Positions 55,908 through 64,000 of a DNA stretch of 64,000 nt are shown piece after piece. A program made the position numbers and the translations under genes. The DNA is from Candidatus Micrarchaeota archaeon (GTDB taxonomy: Archaea > Micrarchaeota > Micrarchaeia > Anstonellales > Bilamarchaeaceae), in assembly GCA_040754495.1 (NCBI GenBank), contig JBFMCO010000028.1:1-64000 (forward strand). The letters are read 5' to 3'. Under the pieces are notes generated by a model. It was not told the origin of the DNA, made no database searches, and was given only the letters and a program-made list of their open reading frames with translations. The stretch's first letter is position 1. Every line of letters begins with the position of its first letter.

Positions 55908-57766
55908 CAGGACACCTCGCGGATTTTCCCGCTCTTGGCCCAGAATTCCTCCACCGCGGCTTCGGGCGCTCCTGTCACTATCGTCCTCTCGTCCCTGCTG
56001 AGTATCCAGCTGTACTTGCTCCACTTGAACCGCTCATCCATATAAACTATGGCCACCCGGTCGCTCTCCTTCCTCCGCGCGCGCCCAGCGGCCTGGAGCG
56101 CCTTTATTGTCCCGGGATAGAGATAGCCGTAGTCCCACCCCCGGCCGAACCTCTCGTCGTAGTAGTCTATCAGCGCCCTTGACTCGAGACCCATCTCGTC
56201 GAGGGCCACCCCGACTATGACGACGCTCTTTATCTGCCCGTCCGCATAATCCACGCCCTCGGAGAGGGATCCGCCCTGCACCCCGCACAGGACGCCGCCC
56301 GAGTCGAAGTCCCTCAGCATCTGCCGGATTTCGTGCGGCCTCATCTGCGGCCTCTGGACATGCAGGTTCCGGGAGAGCATGAGGGGCAGGACGTGGTTCT
56401 GGACCTCGTAGGACGGGAAGAACACCGCGGTGCCGCCCGGAGTCTTCGATACTATGGCGTCAAGCTTGCCGGCTATGGCCGCGTAGCCCTCTGCGTCGCG
56501 TTTTGAGTACCGGGTTGTGAGGTTTTCGGTTATGACATTCACCACGCTCGACGGGTCGAAAGGCGAGGGGTAGCTGCGCATGACGGTCCGCTCCCTGTCC
56601 AGGCCGAGGACGTCGCGGTGCATCTCCATGGGCAGCAGCGAGCCGCTCATGAGAACGGCTGACGCGCACTGGTTGAGGATGGCCGTCCCTACGCTCGGGT
56701 CAAGGACCTTCCGGGACAGGAAGAAGTTCACCCCGCGCCTGCTGAGTATGCGGACGCACGAGCGGTCGGCCCCGTCATTCCACTCTGCAAGGAACCTGGC
56801 GAGCCGGAGGCATGCGCTCTTGCGGCCGGTCTTCTCCACGAATGCCTCGCCGGACTGCTCGAGGCGGGCGACCGCCTCCTCCATGCCGAGGCCGAAGCGC
56901 CCGATGAACTCCTCGAAATCAACTGCCGAGACTACGCGCTCCCTGGACTTGCCGAGGAGCCCCTCGCTCCATGAGGCGAACTCCTCCTCCACCGGCCCTG
57001 CGTCCAGGCCGAGGAACCGCATCTCCTTTGCCATCCTGGCGAATATGAACGAGCTGACCGTCCTGGAGAGGCTGCTGCGCACGCGCGGGGCGAGGTTGTG
57101 CGCCTCGTCCACGATTATTATGGAGTCCTCTACCCTCTTCTTGATTTTCATGAGGAAGATGTCCCTTATGTGCGGGGACATTATGTGGTGGTAGTCCGCG
57201 ATGATGACGTTCGAGGCCGAGGCGAGCTTGAGCAGCCATTCGTACGGGCAGGAGAGCTGCTCCCTGCCCATGCGTATCAGCTCGTGGTGCGAGCGGCCTG
57301 TGCCGTAGCCTTCCAGGACGACCTTGAACTTCGCTTCCGCCTTGGCTTCCTGCGCCCGCCCGTACCCTTTCGCGTTGCCGAAGAACTGGCACTCGGCTTT
57401 CTGCCTCTTCCTCTGGCAGGCGGCCTGGAAGCTCTCGTTGTCCAGGCCGGCTAGCGTTTCGTCGATGCAACAGTGCGAGCGGCCGACCATGTCCACTGCG
57501 CGGATTGGAAGCGAATATTTCCCCGCTATGCCGCGGACGACGTCCATCGCGATTTTATGCTGGGAGATTTTCGGCGTTAGGAAGAATACTGTGCGGCTCT
57601 CCTCCAGCGCGTTCGATATCGCGGCGGCGAGCGAGGCGTCGGTCTTTCCGAGGCCCGTTGGGGCGTGCGCCATGAACGTGCAGCCGAAGGATATGGCGCG
57701 GTGCATGTCCTCCATCAGCTCCTTCTGGTGCGGGCGGACCGAGGGGTGCCTGAAATAGAGCGCCAT
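55907..57766 (-). CDS. xpd: XPD/Rad3-like Fe-S DNA helicase
   Basis: APTGLGKT, four Fe-S Cys (SHCC..C..C..CPYE), DEAHN, SEGVDY, QAAGRARR. Confidence 0.92.
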   Translation of the reverse strand: MALYFRHPSVRPHQKELMEDMHRAISFGCTFMAHAPTGLGKTDASLAAAISNALEESRTVFFLTPKISQHKIAMDVVRGIAGKYSLPIRAVDMVGRSHCCIDETLAGLDNESFQAACQRKRQKAECQFFGNAKGYGRAQEAKAEAKFKVVLEGYGTGRSHHELIRMGREQLSCPYEWLLKLASASNVIIADYHHIMSPHIRDIFLMKIKKRVEDSIIIVDEAHNLAPRVRSSLSRTVSSFIFARMAKEMRFLGLDAGPVEEEFASWSEGLLGKSRERVVSAVDFEEFIGRFGLGMEEAVARLEQSGEAFVEKTGRKSACLRLARFLAEWNDGADRSCVRILSRRGVNFFLSRKVLDPSVGTAILNQCASAVLMSGSLLPMEMHRDVLGLDRERTVMRSYPSPFDPSSVVNVITENLTTRYSKRDAEGYAAIAGKLDAIVSKTPGGTAVFFPSYEVQNHVLPLMLSRNLHVQRPQMRPHEIRQMLRDFDSGGVLCGVQGGSLSEGVDYADGQIKSVVIVGVALDEMGLESRALIDYYDERFGRGWDYGYLYPGTIKALQAAGRARRKESDRVAIVYMDERFKWSKYSWILSRDERTIVTGAPEAAVEEFWAKSGKIREVS

Positions 57767-57883
57767 GTAAGGAATTTCTGCGGGAGCGTATTTAAGCCGT
57801 TTCCGGGGCGGTTTCCCGGACCGGAGAGAACTATTAAGAACTTCATAGGAATACCTAAGAGCAGACACCCGGAGGCGTATCTT

Positions 57884-59176
57884 ATGAAAGTGCTGCTGGT
57901 CGGAGACCGGGCGCGCGAGAACGTGCTTGCTGAGCAGCTTGCGCGGAGCTCGGAGCTGTATGTCGCCATGCAGCATCCCAACCCGGGGATAATGAAGGCC
58001 TCGCAGAAGGTATTTGTCTGCGACTTCTCGAACATCGAGGCAATCGGGGGATGGGCGGTCAGGGAAGGGATAGATTTCGCGCTCGTCACGTCCGAAACCG
58101 CGCTGGCAAAGGGCCTCACGGACGCGCTCGAGGAGGTCGGAATCCGCATGGCTTCGCCGCCTAGCGCCGGAACGGTGATAGGGGAGAGCGCGGTTTATGC
58201 GATGAACATGATGAGGGCCGCAGGCATAGCCACGCCGCGCTTTGCGGTCTGCAAGGACGAGGCGGAAATGATTAAGGCGATGAAGGAGATTCCCAGGATG
58301 GTCGTGAAGCCTTCGGTCAAGGTCGAATGGAAAGGCACGCGGTTCGGGGAGACTGATTTCAAAAAGCCGGCGGAGGCCCTCAGCCACGGGAAGAAGATGA
58401 TAAGAAGGCACGGCTCGGTCGTCATCGAGGAGCTCGTGGACGGGGAGACGTTCTCCATGCAGGGCCTGACGGACGGGAAGTCGCTGTCGGTGATGCCGCC
58501 GGTGCATATAGTGAAGAGGGCGCAGGAGGGCAACAAAGGAGAGCTGACCGAGGGAATGGGCGGCTTCTCCGCAGGGAAGCTGCTGCCCTTCCTGAGGCAG
58601 GCAGACCTGGACTACGCCCGGGACAGCCTCTGGAAGCTCGTCGCCGCGCTCAAGTCCAAAGGCGTCGAGTACCGCGGCCCCATCCGGGGCGAGTTCATGG
58701 CCACCGGAAGCGGCACCATCATGCTTGACGCGTACGCGACGCTCGGCGACATAGACGCGCTGAATAATTTCCTGCTCCTGCGCACGCAGCTCGGTGAGGT
58801 GCTCACATCCGTCGTGGAAGGCTCGCTGAAGCCGTTCTCGTTCATGGAGAGGGCGACAGTGGTGAAATACCTCGTGCCAGAGGGGTACCCCGGGAAGGCG
58901 AAGAAGACCGGGGTCGAAATAGACGAGAGGGCGCTGTGGAACAACGGGGCGAAGGCGTATTTCGAGAAGGTCGAAAGCCGGGACGGGTCCCTGGAAACGA
59001 CCGACCAGAGGGCGCTCGCAATCTGCGCCGGCGGCCAGACGCTGGACGAGGCGCAGGCGAAATGCGAGGACGCGGCCTGCTCGGTGCGCGGCGCGCTATC
59101 GCACAGGAGGGATATCGCTTCACCCGAGTACATCAGCCGCACCATAAAGCACATGGCCCTCCTGCGCAGCCGGTAG
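57884..59176 (+). CDS. purD: PurD-like ATP-grasp protein (divergent phosphoribosylamine--glycine ligase)
   Basis: Full PurD architecture (HPNPGI, EELVDGETFS, GMGGFS, KYLVPEGYP), but several signature motifs are altered. Confidence 0.75.
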   Translation: MKVLLVGDRARENVLAEQLARSSELYVAMQHPNPGIMKASQKVFVCDFSNIEAIGGWAVREGIDFALVTSETALAKGLTDALEEVGIRMASPPSAGTVIGESAVYAMNMMRAAGIATPRFAVCKDEAEMIKAMKEIPRMVVKPSVKVEWKGTRFGETDFKKPAEALSHGKKMIRRHGSVVIEELVDGETFSMQGLTDGKSLSVMPPVHIVKRAQEGNKGELTEGMGGFSAGKLLPFLRQADLDYARDSLWKLVAALKSKGVEYRGPIRGEFMATGSGTIMLDAYATLGDIDALNNFLLLRTQLGEVLTSVVEGSLKPFSFMERATVVKYLVPEGYPGKAKKTGVEIDERALWNNGAKAYFEKVESRDGSLETTDQRALAICAGGQTLDEAQAKCEDAACSVRGALSHRRDIASPEYISRTIKHMALLRSR

Positions 59177-59286
59177 CAGGAACTGGTTTCCGGCATCCGG
59201 TTGCCGGCAGCCGGTTTCGGGTTGTGGGTTTTGGGTTTTGGCGGAACGAAAGGCCGGGAACCGGAAACCCGGAACTGGAAACCCTG
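59177..59286. repeat. Heptamer repeat, inverted arrangement
   Basis: GGTTTCCGGCATCCGGTTGCCGG...GGGTTTTGGGTTTTGG ... GGGAACCGGAAACCCGGAACTGGAAACCC. Confidence 0.7.
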
Positions 59287-59305
59287 AAGAATGGCCGTGA
59301 TTCAG

Positions 59306-60022
59306 ATGAAGTTCCTCTACAATGCCCCTGCGCTATTCCACAAAGGCGCGATAATTGTCGGCGACACGCATTTCGGCATGGAGGAAAAGCTCCGCCGCAG
59401 GGGAATCTACGACGACCAGTTCAGCATGCGGCTTGCGGAGAAGCTGTTGGGGCTGGTCCATGAGCATCGGGCGAAGAAGCTGATATTCCTTGGAGACGTG
59501 AAGGAGGACATCACCATGCTCGACCGCAGGTGCGACGAGGCGCTCTCAAGATTGTCAATGGCCTGCCAGCTCACCATTGTCAGGGGCAACCATGACGGGG
59601 GCATCGAGCAGTTCGGGCGCGCCCGCGTGGAGCCGGCAGGGGGCATGGTGTACGAGGGCCTCGGCCTGATGCACGGGCACTCGTGGCCCTCGCCGGAACT
59701 CATGATGTGCGACTATCTCGTGATGGGCCACCAGCACCCGATGGTCTCGATTACGGACGCGTTCGGGAAACGGCACAGCGAGCCGGTGTGGCTTGTCGCG
59801 GAATGCTCCGCGGAAACGCTCGCGAAACGCTATCCGGAGTCCAACAGGAAAATAAAACTCGTCCTCATGCCCGCATTCAACCCGCTGGTCGGTTCATCCA
59901 TAAATGCCGACGATAAAGAGCGCCTCGGGCCGATTCTTAACAACAAACTATTTAAACTCGACGATGCATTAGTATTCCGTCTGGACGGCACACGTCTTGG
60001 TAAGCTCGAAAACATTGTTTGA
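59306..60022 (+). CDS. Calcineurin-like metallophosphoesterase (COG1407/ICC-like)
   Basis: GDTHFG, LGDVKE, RGNHD, MHGH, GHQHP, MPAFNPL. Confidence 0.9.
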   Translation: MKFLYNAPALFHKGAIIVGDTHFGMEEKLRRRGIYDDQFSMRLAEKLLGLVHEHRAKKLIFLGDVKEDITMLDRRCDEALSRLSMACQLTIVRGNHDGGIEQFGRARVEPAGGMVYEGLGLMHGHSWPSPELMMCDYLVMGHQHPMVSITDAFGKRHSEPVWLVAECSAETLAKRYPESNRKIKLVLMPAFNPLVGSSINADDKERLGPILNNKLFKLDDALVFRLDGTRLGKLENIV

Positions 60023-60033
60023 GGCGGCCATAT

Positions 60034-60285
60034 ATGGGAAGAAGGAGACGCGGACGCGAAAGGCTCGAAACTTGCGTATCATGCGGCCGGGCGGTGCCGC
60101 GCGACAAGGCTGTTGAGTACACAAGAAGGACTCACTTCACGACCGACTTGAAAGAGGATAATGTTACGTACACGGGTTTCAGCGATTCCTATTATTGCAT
60201 CAGCTGCGCCAAGCACAGGAGGATATTCGAGATGAAGAAACAGCAGGCGCAGAGGCAGAGGGAAAAGAGGGAACTCTATGGATGA
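60034..60285 (+). CDS. rps26e: 30S ribosomal protein S26e
   Basis: GRERLETCVSCGRAVPRDKAV...YCISCAKHRRI. Confidence 0.9.
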   Translation: MGRRRRGRERLETCVSCGRAVPRDKAVEYTRRTHFTTDLKEDNVTYTGFSDSYYCISCAKHRRIFEMKKQQAQRQREKRELYG

Positions 60286-60571
60286 GATATCCTTCGATGG
60301 CAAGAAGTACGTAGCTCTGAAACAGGATATCGGAAATCTCCCGCTGATTGTTGTCAAGGCAAAGAAAGGGTACATAGCCTGCAGCTACATAGACAAGGAC
60401 ACCGCGGAGAAGGTCGGCGACATAGCCGCCTTCGTGTCCGGCGTCAAGTGCCTGGACGACCTCAAGAAAGCGAAAATCAGGCAGGCGACCACCTGGGCCG
60501 AGGACCTCGGCATCCGTGAGGGCATGAGCGTGAAGAAGGCGCTCGAGCTCATGGACGTAGTGACCGAGTAA
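60278..60571 (+). CDS. DUF1805 (YunC-like) protein
   Basis: LPLIVVKAKKGYIACSY, AFVSGV, LGIREGMS. Confidence 0.85.
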   Translation: MDEISFDGKKYVALKQDIGNLPLIVVKAKKGYIACSYIDKDTAEKVGDIAAFVSGVKCLDDLKKAKIRQATTWAEDLGIREGMSVKKALELMDVVTE

Positions 60572-60601
60572 TCCGGCATCCTGAGCCGGTTAGGAGAAGC
60601 T

Positions 60602-61153
60602 TCAGCGTTTGCCGCGTATGACCCCTATCACGAATAGCGGCAGTATGTAGACGAGCGCGCAGATGTTGTTCGGGTTAAGCGTGTAGTAGTTCTCAGGGGC
60701 AATCTTCGCGAGGTTCTCGGTCTCGTCATAGCACATGTCCCGCGTCACTTCGTCCCCCAGAAGCGCGGTCCCGAAGTCGTCCCTGCGGGTTATGAAGCCG
60801 CACGTGTCCGAGTTCCTCGTTATCTTTGCGACCTCGAAGTAGCAGTTGTTGGAGACGAGCTCGGCCTTCCTCCGGATGTCCTTCTGCTGGCCGTTCGGGT
60901 CGTATGGCGAGCCGTACGTGTTCCAGATGGCGTCGCAGATGTTGACCGCCTCGCTGCAGGGGCCGAAGGAGCCGGATGGGCGGGAGCCGCACAGGTATGC
61001 CATCGTGATGGCCGCCTCGCTGTAGCACCTCATCTTCTCCGCGTCCCTTGTCAGGGACGGGTCGCTGTTGCACTCCGGCACGGTGCGCAGGCCGAGGGCT
61101 CCCGAGAGGAGCAGGAACGATGAGAACAGCATGAGGACAAGGACTGGTCTCAC
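60602..61153 (-). CDS. Secreted Cys-rich protein with C-terminal membrane anchor
   Basis: GTG start overlapping the tbp stop; signal peptide; repeated RxxC/NNCY/DMCY; C-terminal TM plus RGKR. Confidence 0.7.
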   Translation of the reverse strand: MRPVLVLMLFSSFLLLSGALGLRTVPECNSDPSLTRDAEKMRCYSEAAITMAYLCGSRPSGSFGPCSEAVNICDAIWNTYGSPYDPNGQQKDIRRKAELVSNNCYFEVAKITRNSDTCGFITRRDDFGTALLGDEVTRDMCYDETENLAKIAPENYYTLNPNNICALVYILPLFVIGVIRGKR

Positions 61154-61719
61154 ACCGACCCCTTCTCTGCGTAAGGCTTGAGAAGCGTCTTGGCCTTCGC
61201 GAGCACGATGCGTATCTCCTTCTCGTTCTTGGCCCCGGCGCATATGACCTTGCCGTTCTTGAAGAGCAGGAGCGATGCCTTCGGGTCCTTGAACTTCAGG
61301 ATGGCACCCGGGAACTGCTCGGGCTCGTACTCCACGTCCTTTATCTTGTAGGCGATTTTGTACAGGTCGAGCTCAAGGCCCAGGTTGGCCGAGGCGACGA
61401 TGTTCGTTATCTCTATTTTCGGCTTCTTGGTCTTCGTGATTTTCTTCGCATAAGGCGTGAGCATCTTTATGGTCTTCTGTATCGTCTTCTCTATGAGCTC
61501 CCTCTTCTTGCAGCCCACGCACACGACCTTGCCGTTCTTGAAGAGCAGGAGCGATGCCTTCGGGTCCTTGAACTTCAGGATGGCACCCGGGAACTGCTCG
61601 GGCTCGTACTCTATCTCCGGAATCTTGTTGGCCAGGGCGTAAAGGTCCAGCTCAAGGCCCAGAGAAGCAGAGGCTACCATGTTCGTTATGACGAAATCGG
61701 GTTGTTTAGATTTAGACAA
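61150..61719 (-). CDS. tbp: TATA-box binding protein
   Basis: Two repeats ITN.VASA...EYEPEQFPG...LLFKNGKV.C.G. Confidence 0.97.
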   Translation of the reverse strand: MSKSKQPDFVITNMVASASLGLELDLYALANKIPEIEYEPEQFPGAILKFKDPKASLLLFKNGKVVCVGCKKRELIEKTIQKTIKMLTPYAKKITKTKKPKIEITNIVASANLGLELDLYKIAYKIKDVEYEPEQFPGAILKFKDPKASLLLFKNGKVICAGAKNEKEIRIVLAKAKTLLKPYAEKGSV

Positions 61720-61827
61720 GGAACCACCTGTTAGGCTAGCCTAACATAGATGACCTTTATAAATGAAGCAATTGTTTAAAAACACTTTCCATTATCAATC
61801 CCGTAAAACTAATTACCAGTGATTCAC

Positions 61828-62106
61828 ATGGTCAAGGCTTCGAGAGGCTCATTCAGCAGACGGACGAGGAAGCTCAAGGGCAAGAGCGTAACCAGCGTAG
61901 CCACGCTGGTCCGGACTTTCAACGTCGGAGACAAGGTCATAATAGCACCGAGGGCGAGATTCGAGGCCCTGCCGCACCTGCGCTATTCGAGCAGGCACGG
62001 CGTTATAAAGGAGAAGCGCGGCAAGAGCTACGTAGTGGAAGTGGGCGACTTTAACACGAAAAAAAGCGTGATAGTCGGCCCGGTCCACCTGAAACTGGCA
62101 TCCTGA
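61828..62106 (+). CDS. rpl21e: 50S ribosomal protein L21e
   Basis: SRRTRKL, GDKV, PHLRY, GPVHL. Confidence 0.95.
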   Translation: MVKASRGSFSRRTRKLKGKSVTSVATLVRTFNVGDKVIIAPRARFEALPHLRYSSRHGVIKEKRGKSYVVEVGDFNTKKSVIVGPVHLKLAS

Positions 62107-62115
62107 GGTGTTAAT

Positions 62116-62433
62116 ATGAACATCAAATCTTCAAAGCCTGTTCCAGTCAGCCTTTCCAAGGAGATAATGGCAAAGAGGAGCGAGGAGGGCGAGCTGGGCT
62201 ATGAGCAGTCGCAGACGCTCGACAACACTGCGCGCTTCGCCGTTTTCGACAGCAAGAAGGCCCAGAAACTAATCGAGGCGCTCGCCGGAAGCGGCAAGAT
62301 CAGCGAGGAGCTGGCGGTCAAGATAGTGGATGTGCACCCGGACAACGCGGCTACCCTGAAGGCCATCCTAGTCAAGGACAGAGTCGAACTCTCAGAAGAA
62401 GAGCTTAACAATATCCTCAAGGAGCTCGCTTGA
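62116..62433 (+). CDS. rpo4: RNA polymerase subunit Rpo4 (F)
   Basis: ELGYEQ, AVKIVDVHP; conserved L21e-rpo4-DUF655 order. Confidence 0.92.
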   Translation: MNIKSSKPVPVSLSKEIMAKRSEEGELGYEQSQTLDNTARFAVFDSKKAQKLIEALAGSGKISEELAVKIVDVHPDNAATLKAILVKDRVELSEEELNNILKELA

Positions 62434-62446
62434 GGGAGGGGATGGG

Positions 62447-63007
62447 ATGGAAGACTATGCATGGGTCATCGAGTATTTGCCATCAGGCCGCGCCGACGCC
62501 ATAAAGAAGGAGGCGGCAGTGCAGCTTCTCGGGACCAGGTTCTTCACGCTGCTCGAGGCTACGGTCAACCCTAACGCCACGATAGTGATGGGCCAGAAGG
62601 TCTATGTGGGGAAAGAGGGGCGGGAAGAGGTAGCCCACATCAAGGGCAGGATAAAGTACGACGACCTCACAGGAGGCGCAAGGGACTTCCTGCCGACCAT
62701 GCTCAAGAAGGCCGTCCAGGAAAGGGAAGCGGATTTCGTCGCATTCATCAACACTGCAAAGCCCATCTCCATCCGGGTCCATACGCTCGACCTCCTCCCG
62801 GGCATAGGGAAGAAGAACATGGAGGCGCTCCTGCGGGAGAGGGAAGTCAAGCCTTTCGAGTCTTTCGCAGACATACACGCGAGGGTTCCCAGCCTGGCAG
62901 ACCCCATGGGGGTGTTCATACACCGCATCCTCAGCGAGCTGGAGGGGAAGGAGAAGTACTACCTTTTCACGAAGCCGCCGTTCCAGCCCAGGTTCCCCGG
63001 AAGATGA
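62447..63007 (+). CDS. DUF655 HhH RNA-binding protein
   Basis: FFTLLE, FINTAKPISIRVHTLDLLPGIGKK, PFESFADI. Confidence 0.92.
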   Translation: MEDYAWVIEYLPSGRADAIKKEAAVQLLGTRFFTLLEATVNPNATIVMGQKVYVGKEGREEVAHIKGRIKYDDLTGGARDFLPTMLKKAVQEREADFVAFINTAKPISIRVHTLDLLPGIGKKNMEALLREREVKPFESFADIHARVPSLADPMGVFIHRILSELEGKEKYYLFTKPPFQPRFPGR

Positions 63008-63011
63008 GCTT

Positions 63012-64000
63012 GTGAGACACCTTCTGCTGCTGCTGTTCCTAGCCCCGCCGCTTTTGGCAGCCCCTTATGAGGTTGGGCACGACGACAACATGTCCGCGGT
63101 GATGCTCAGGATATACGCGGTGGTGGACACCAACGCGACTACGCAGGCGGAATACGAGGCGTTCCTCGGCGCCCGCACGCTCATCGTCCCGGGGAGCGGC
63201 ATAAACATAGGAGAGCGCTCGCTCCTGGAGATGTCAAAGGCAGAGAACACCTGGCTTGCCCGGGCGAAGGAAGGCAACGACAGCAACGCGACATTCTCTT
63301 CGATTTCGGCAGGCAATTACCCGCTCGTGATACTTATAGGGGGGACCGAGCAGAATGAGATTACCCGGCAGGCCGTGGCCGCAGGCTGGTTCAACCAGAC
63401 GGACACGGTCGAAGGCGGCTATGTAGTCAAGACCGGGAAGCTGCCTTCCGGGACGGTGGTTGTGGCGGTATCCGACAAGCTCGGGTTCAAGGAGGGCAAT
63501 CCGCAGCGCGAGAGCGTCGCATATTCGCCGCTTGGCGCCATCATGCCGAAGGAATACGTCCCTGCGGCTGCCACCGGCATATCGCTCCTTCTCCTCGCGC
63601 TCATGAACCTGGGCAGGACCGTCTTCGAGTTCAAGGCACTCGACATCGGGAGGAAGGGGAAGAAGGTCGGGGAGGGCGCGGTGATGTACCGGGGCCTGAA
63701 CATTACCGAGATGGCGGCCATCCTCGGGGCTTCGCTAATCCTCGGCATATCCATCAGCTGGCAGTATTTCGGCGCCAATTTCCTCGGCTGGCTCGCAATC
63801 AACACGATTATCTGCCTCGTGGGAGCTGTAATCCACGAGGTCACGCACAGGATTTTCGCGCACCACTTCAAAATCAGGATGGAGTACCGCTTCTGGTCCG
63901 CGGGCTCGCTCCTCACGCTGGTCAGCTCGTACCTGGGCAACGCCTTCTCCATACAGGCGTTCATACTGGAGGAGGTGGAACCGGGGACGGCGAAGTGGAA
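63012..64000 (+). CDS. Partial membrane Zn-metalloprotease (site-2/M50-like) with extracellular N-terminal domain; absent from the ORF track because it runs off the window
   Basis: GTG start, signal peptide, open frame to window end; VIHEVTHRIFAH..IRMEYRFW HExxH motif after a TM helix. Confidence 0.75.
   Translation, partial: MRHLLLLLFLAPPLLAAPYEVGHDDNMSAVMLRIYAVVDTNATTQAEYEAFLGARTLIVPGSGINIGERSLLEMSKAENTWLARAKEGNDSNATFSSISAGNYPLVILIGGTEQNEITRQAVAAGWFNQTDTVEGGYVVKTGKLPSGTVVVAVSDKLGFKEGNPQRESVAYSPLGAIMPKEYVPAAATGISLLLLALMNLGRTVFEFKALDIGRKGKKVGEGAVMYRGLNITEMAAILGASLILGISISWQYFGANFLGWLAINTIICLVGAVIHEVTHRIFAHHFKIRMEYRFWSAGSLLTLVSSYLGNAFSIQAFILEEVEPGTAKW

Noticed and set aside
57767-58507. N-terminal 247 aa of the 866-aa ORF 55907-58507
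   Set aside because: Antisense to purD; XPD motifs begin at the ATG at 57766
7811-59286. CRISPR array
   Set aside because: No constant 23-47 bp repeat with unique spacers and no cas genes; the repeats are degenerate heptamers or hairpins

Overview
GC-rich archaeal chromosome segment, DPANN-like and most likely Micrarchaeota (inferred from the gene set, eS26, Sec61beta and non-canonical tRNA introns). Housekeeping genes include TBP, L21e-rpo4-DUF655, eS26, RFC-L, XPD, Lhr, intein-containing Hef, Pth2, Map, PAC2 and a beta-CASP nuclease. Metabolic genes include purP, a divergent purD, ade, asnA, korAB, glmU and uppS. There are four tRNA genes, three with introns. Main observations: (1) a 10-kb co-oriented cluster (11.7-22.0 kb) with two paralogous proteins carrying outer-membrane-type amphipathic beta-strand C-terminal domains, a giant helical relative and a Cys-rich Ig-like protein. 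(2) A Lys-poor protein group, four of which start MTG(A)PAxR. (3) A tRNA-Phe with three introns and a tRNA-Leu with a 213-nt intron, both containing a small palindromic element that also lies free in an intergenic spacer. (4) A 2-kb integrase-less element inserted at tRNA-Phe, whose distal att copy resembles the intron-less tRNA. (5) A TBP whose two halves share 87 identical nucleotides. (6) A dispersed heptamer repeat family. All calls come from manual reading; no searches were run.
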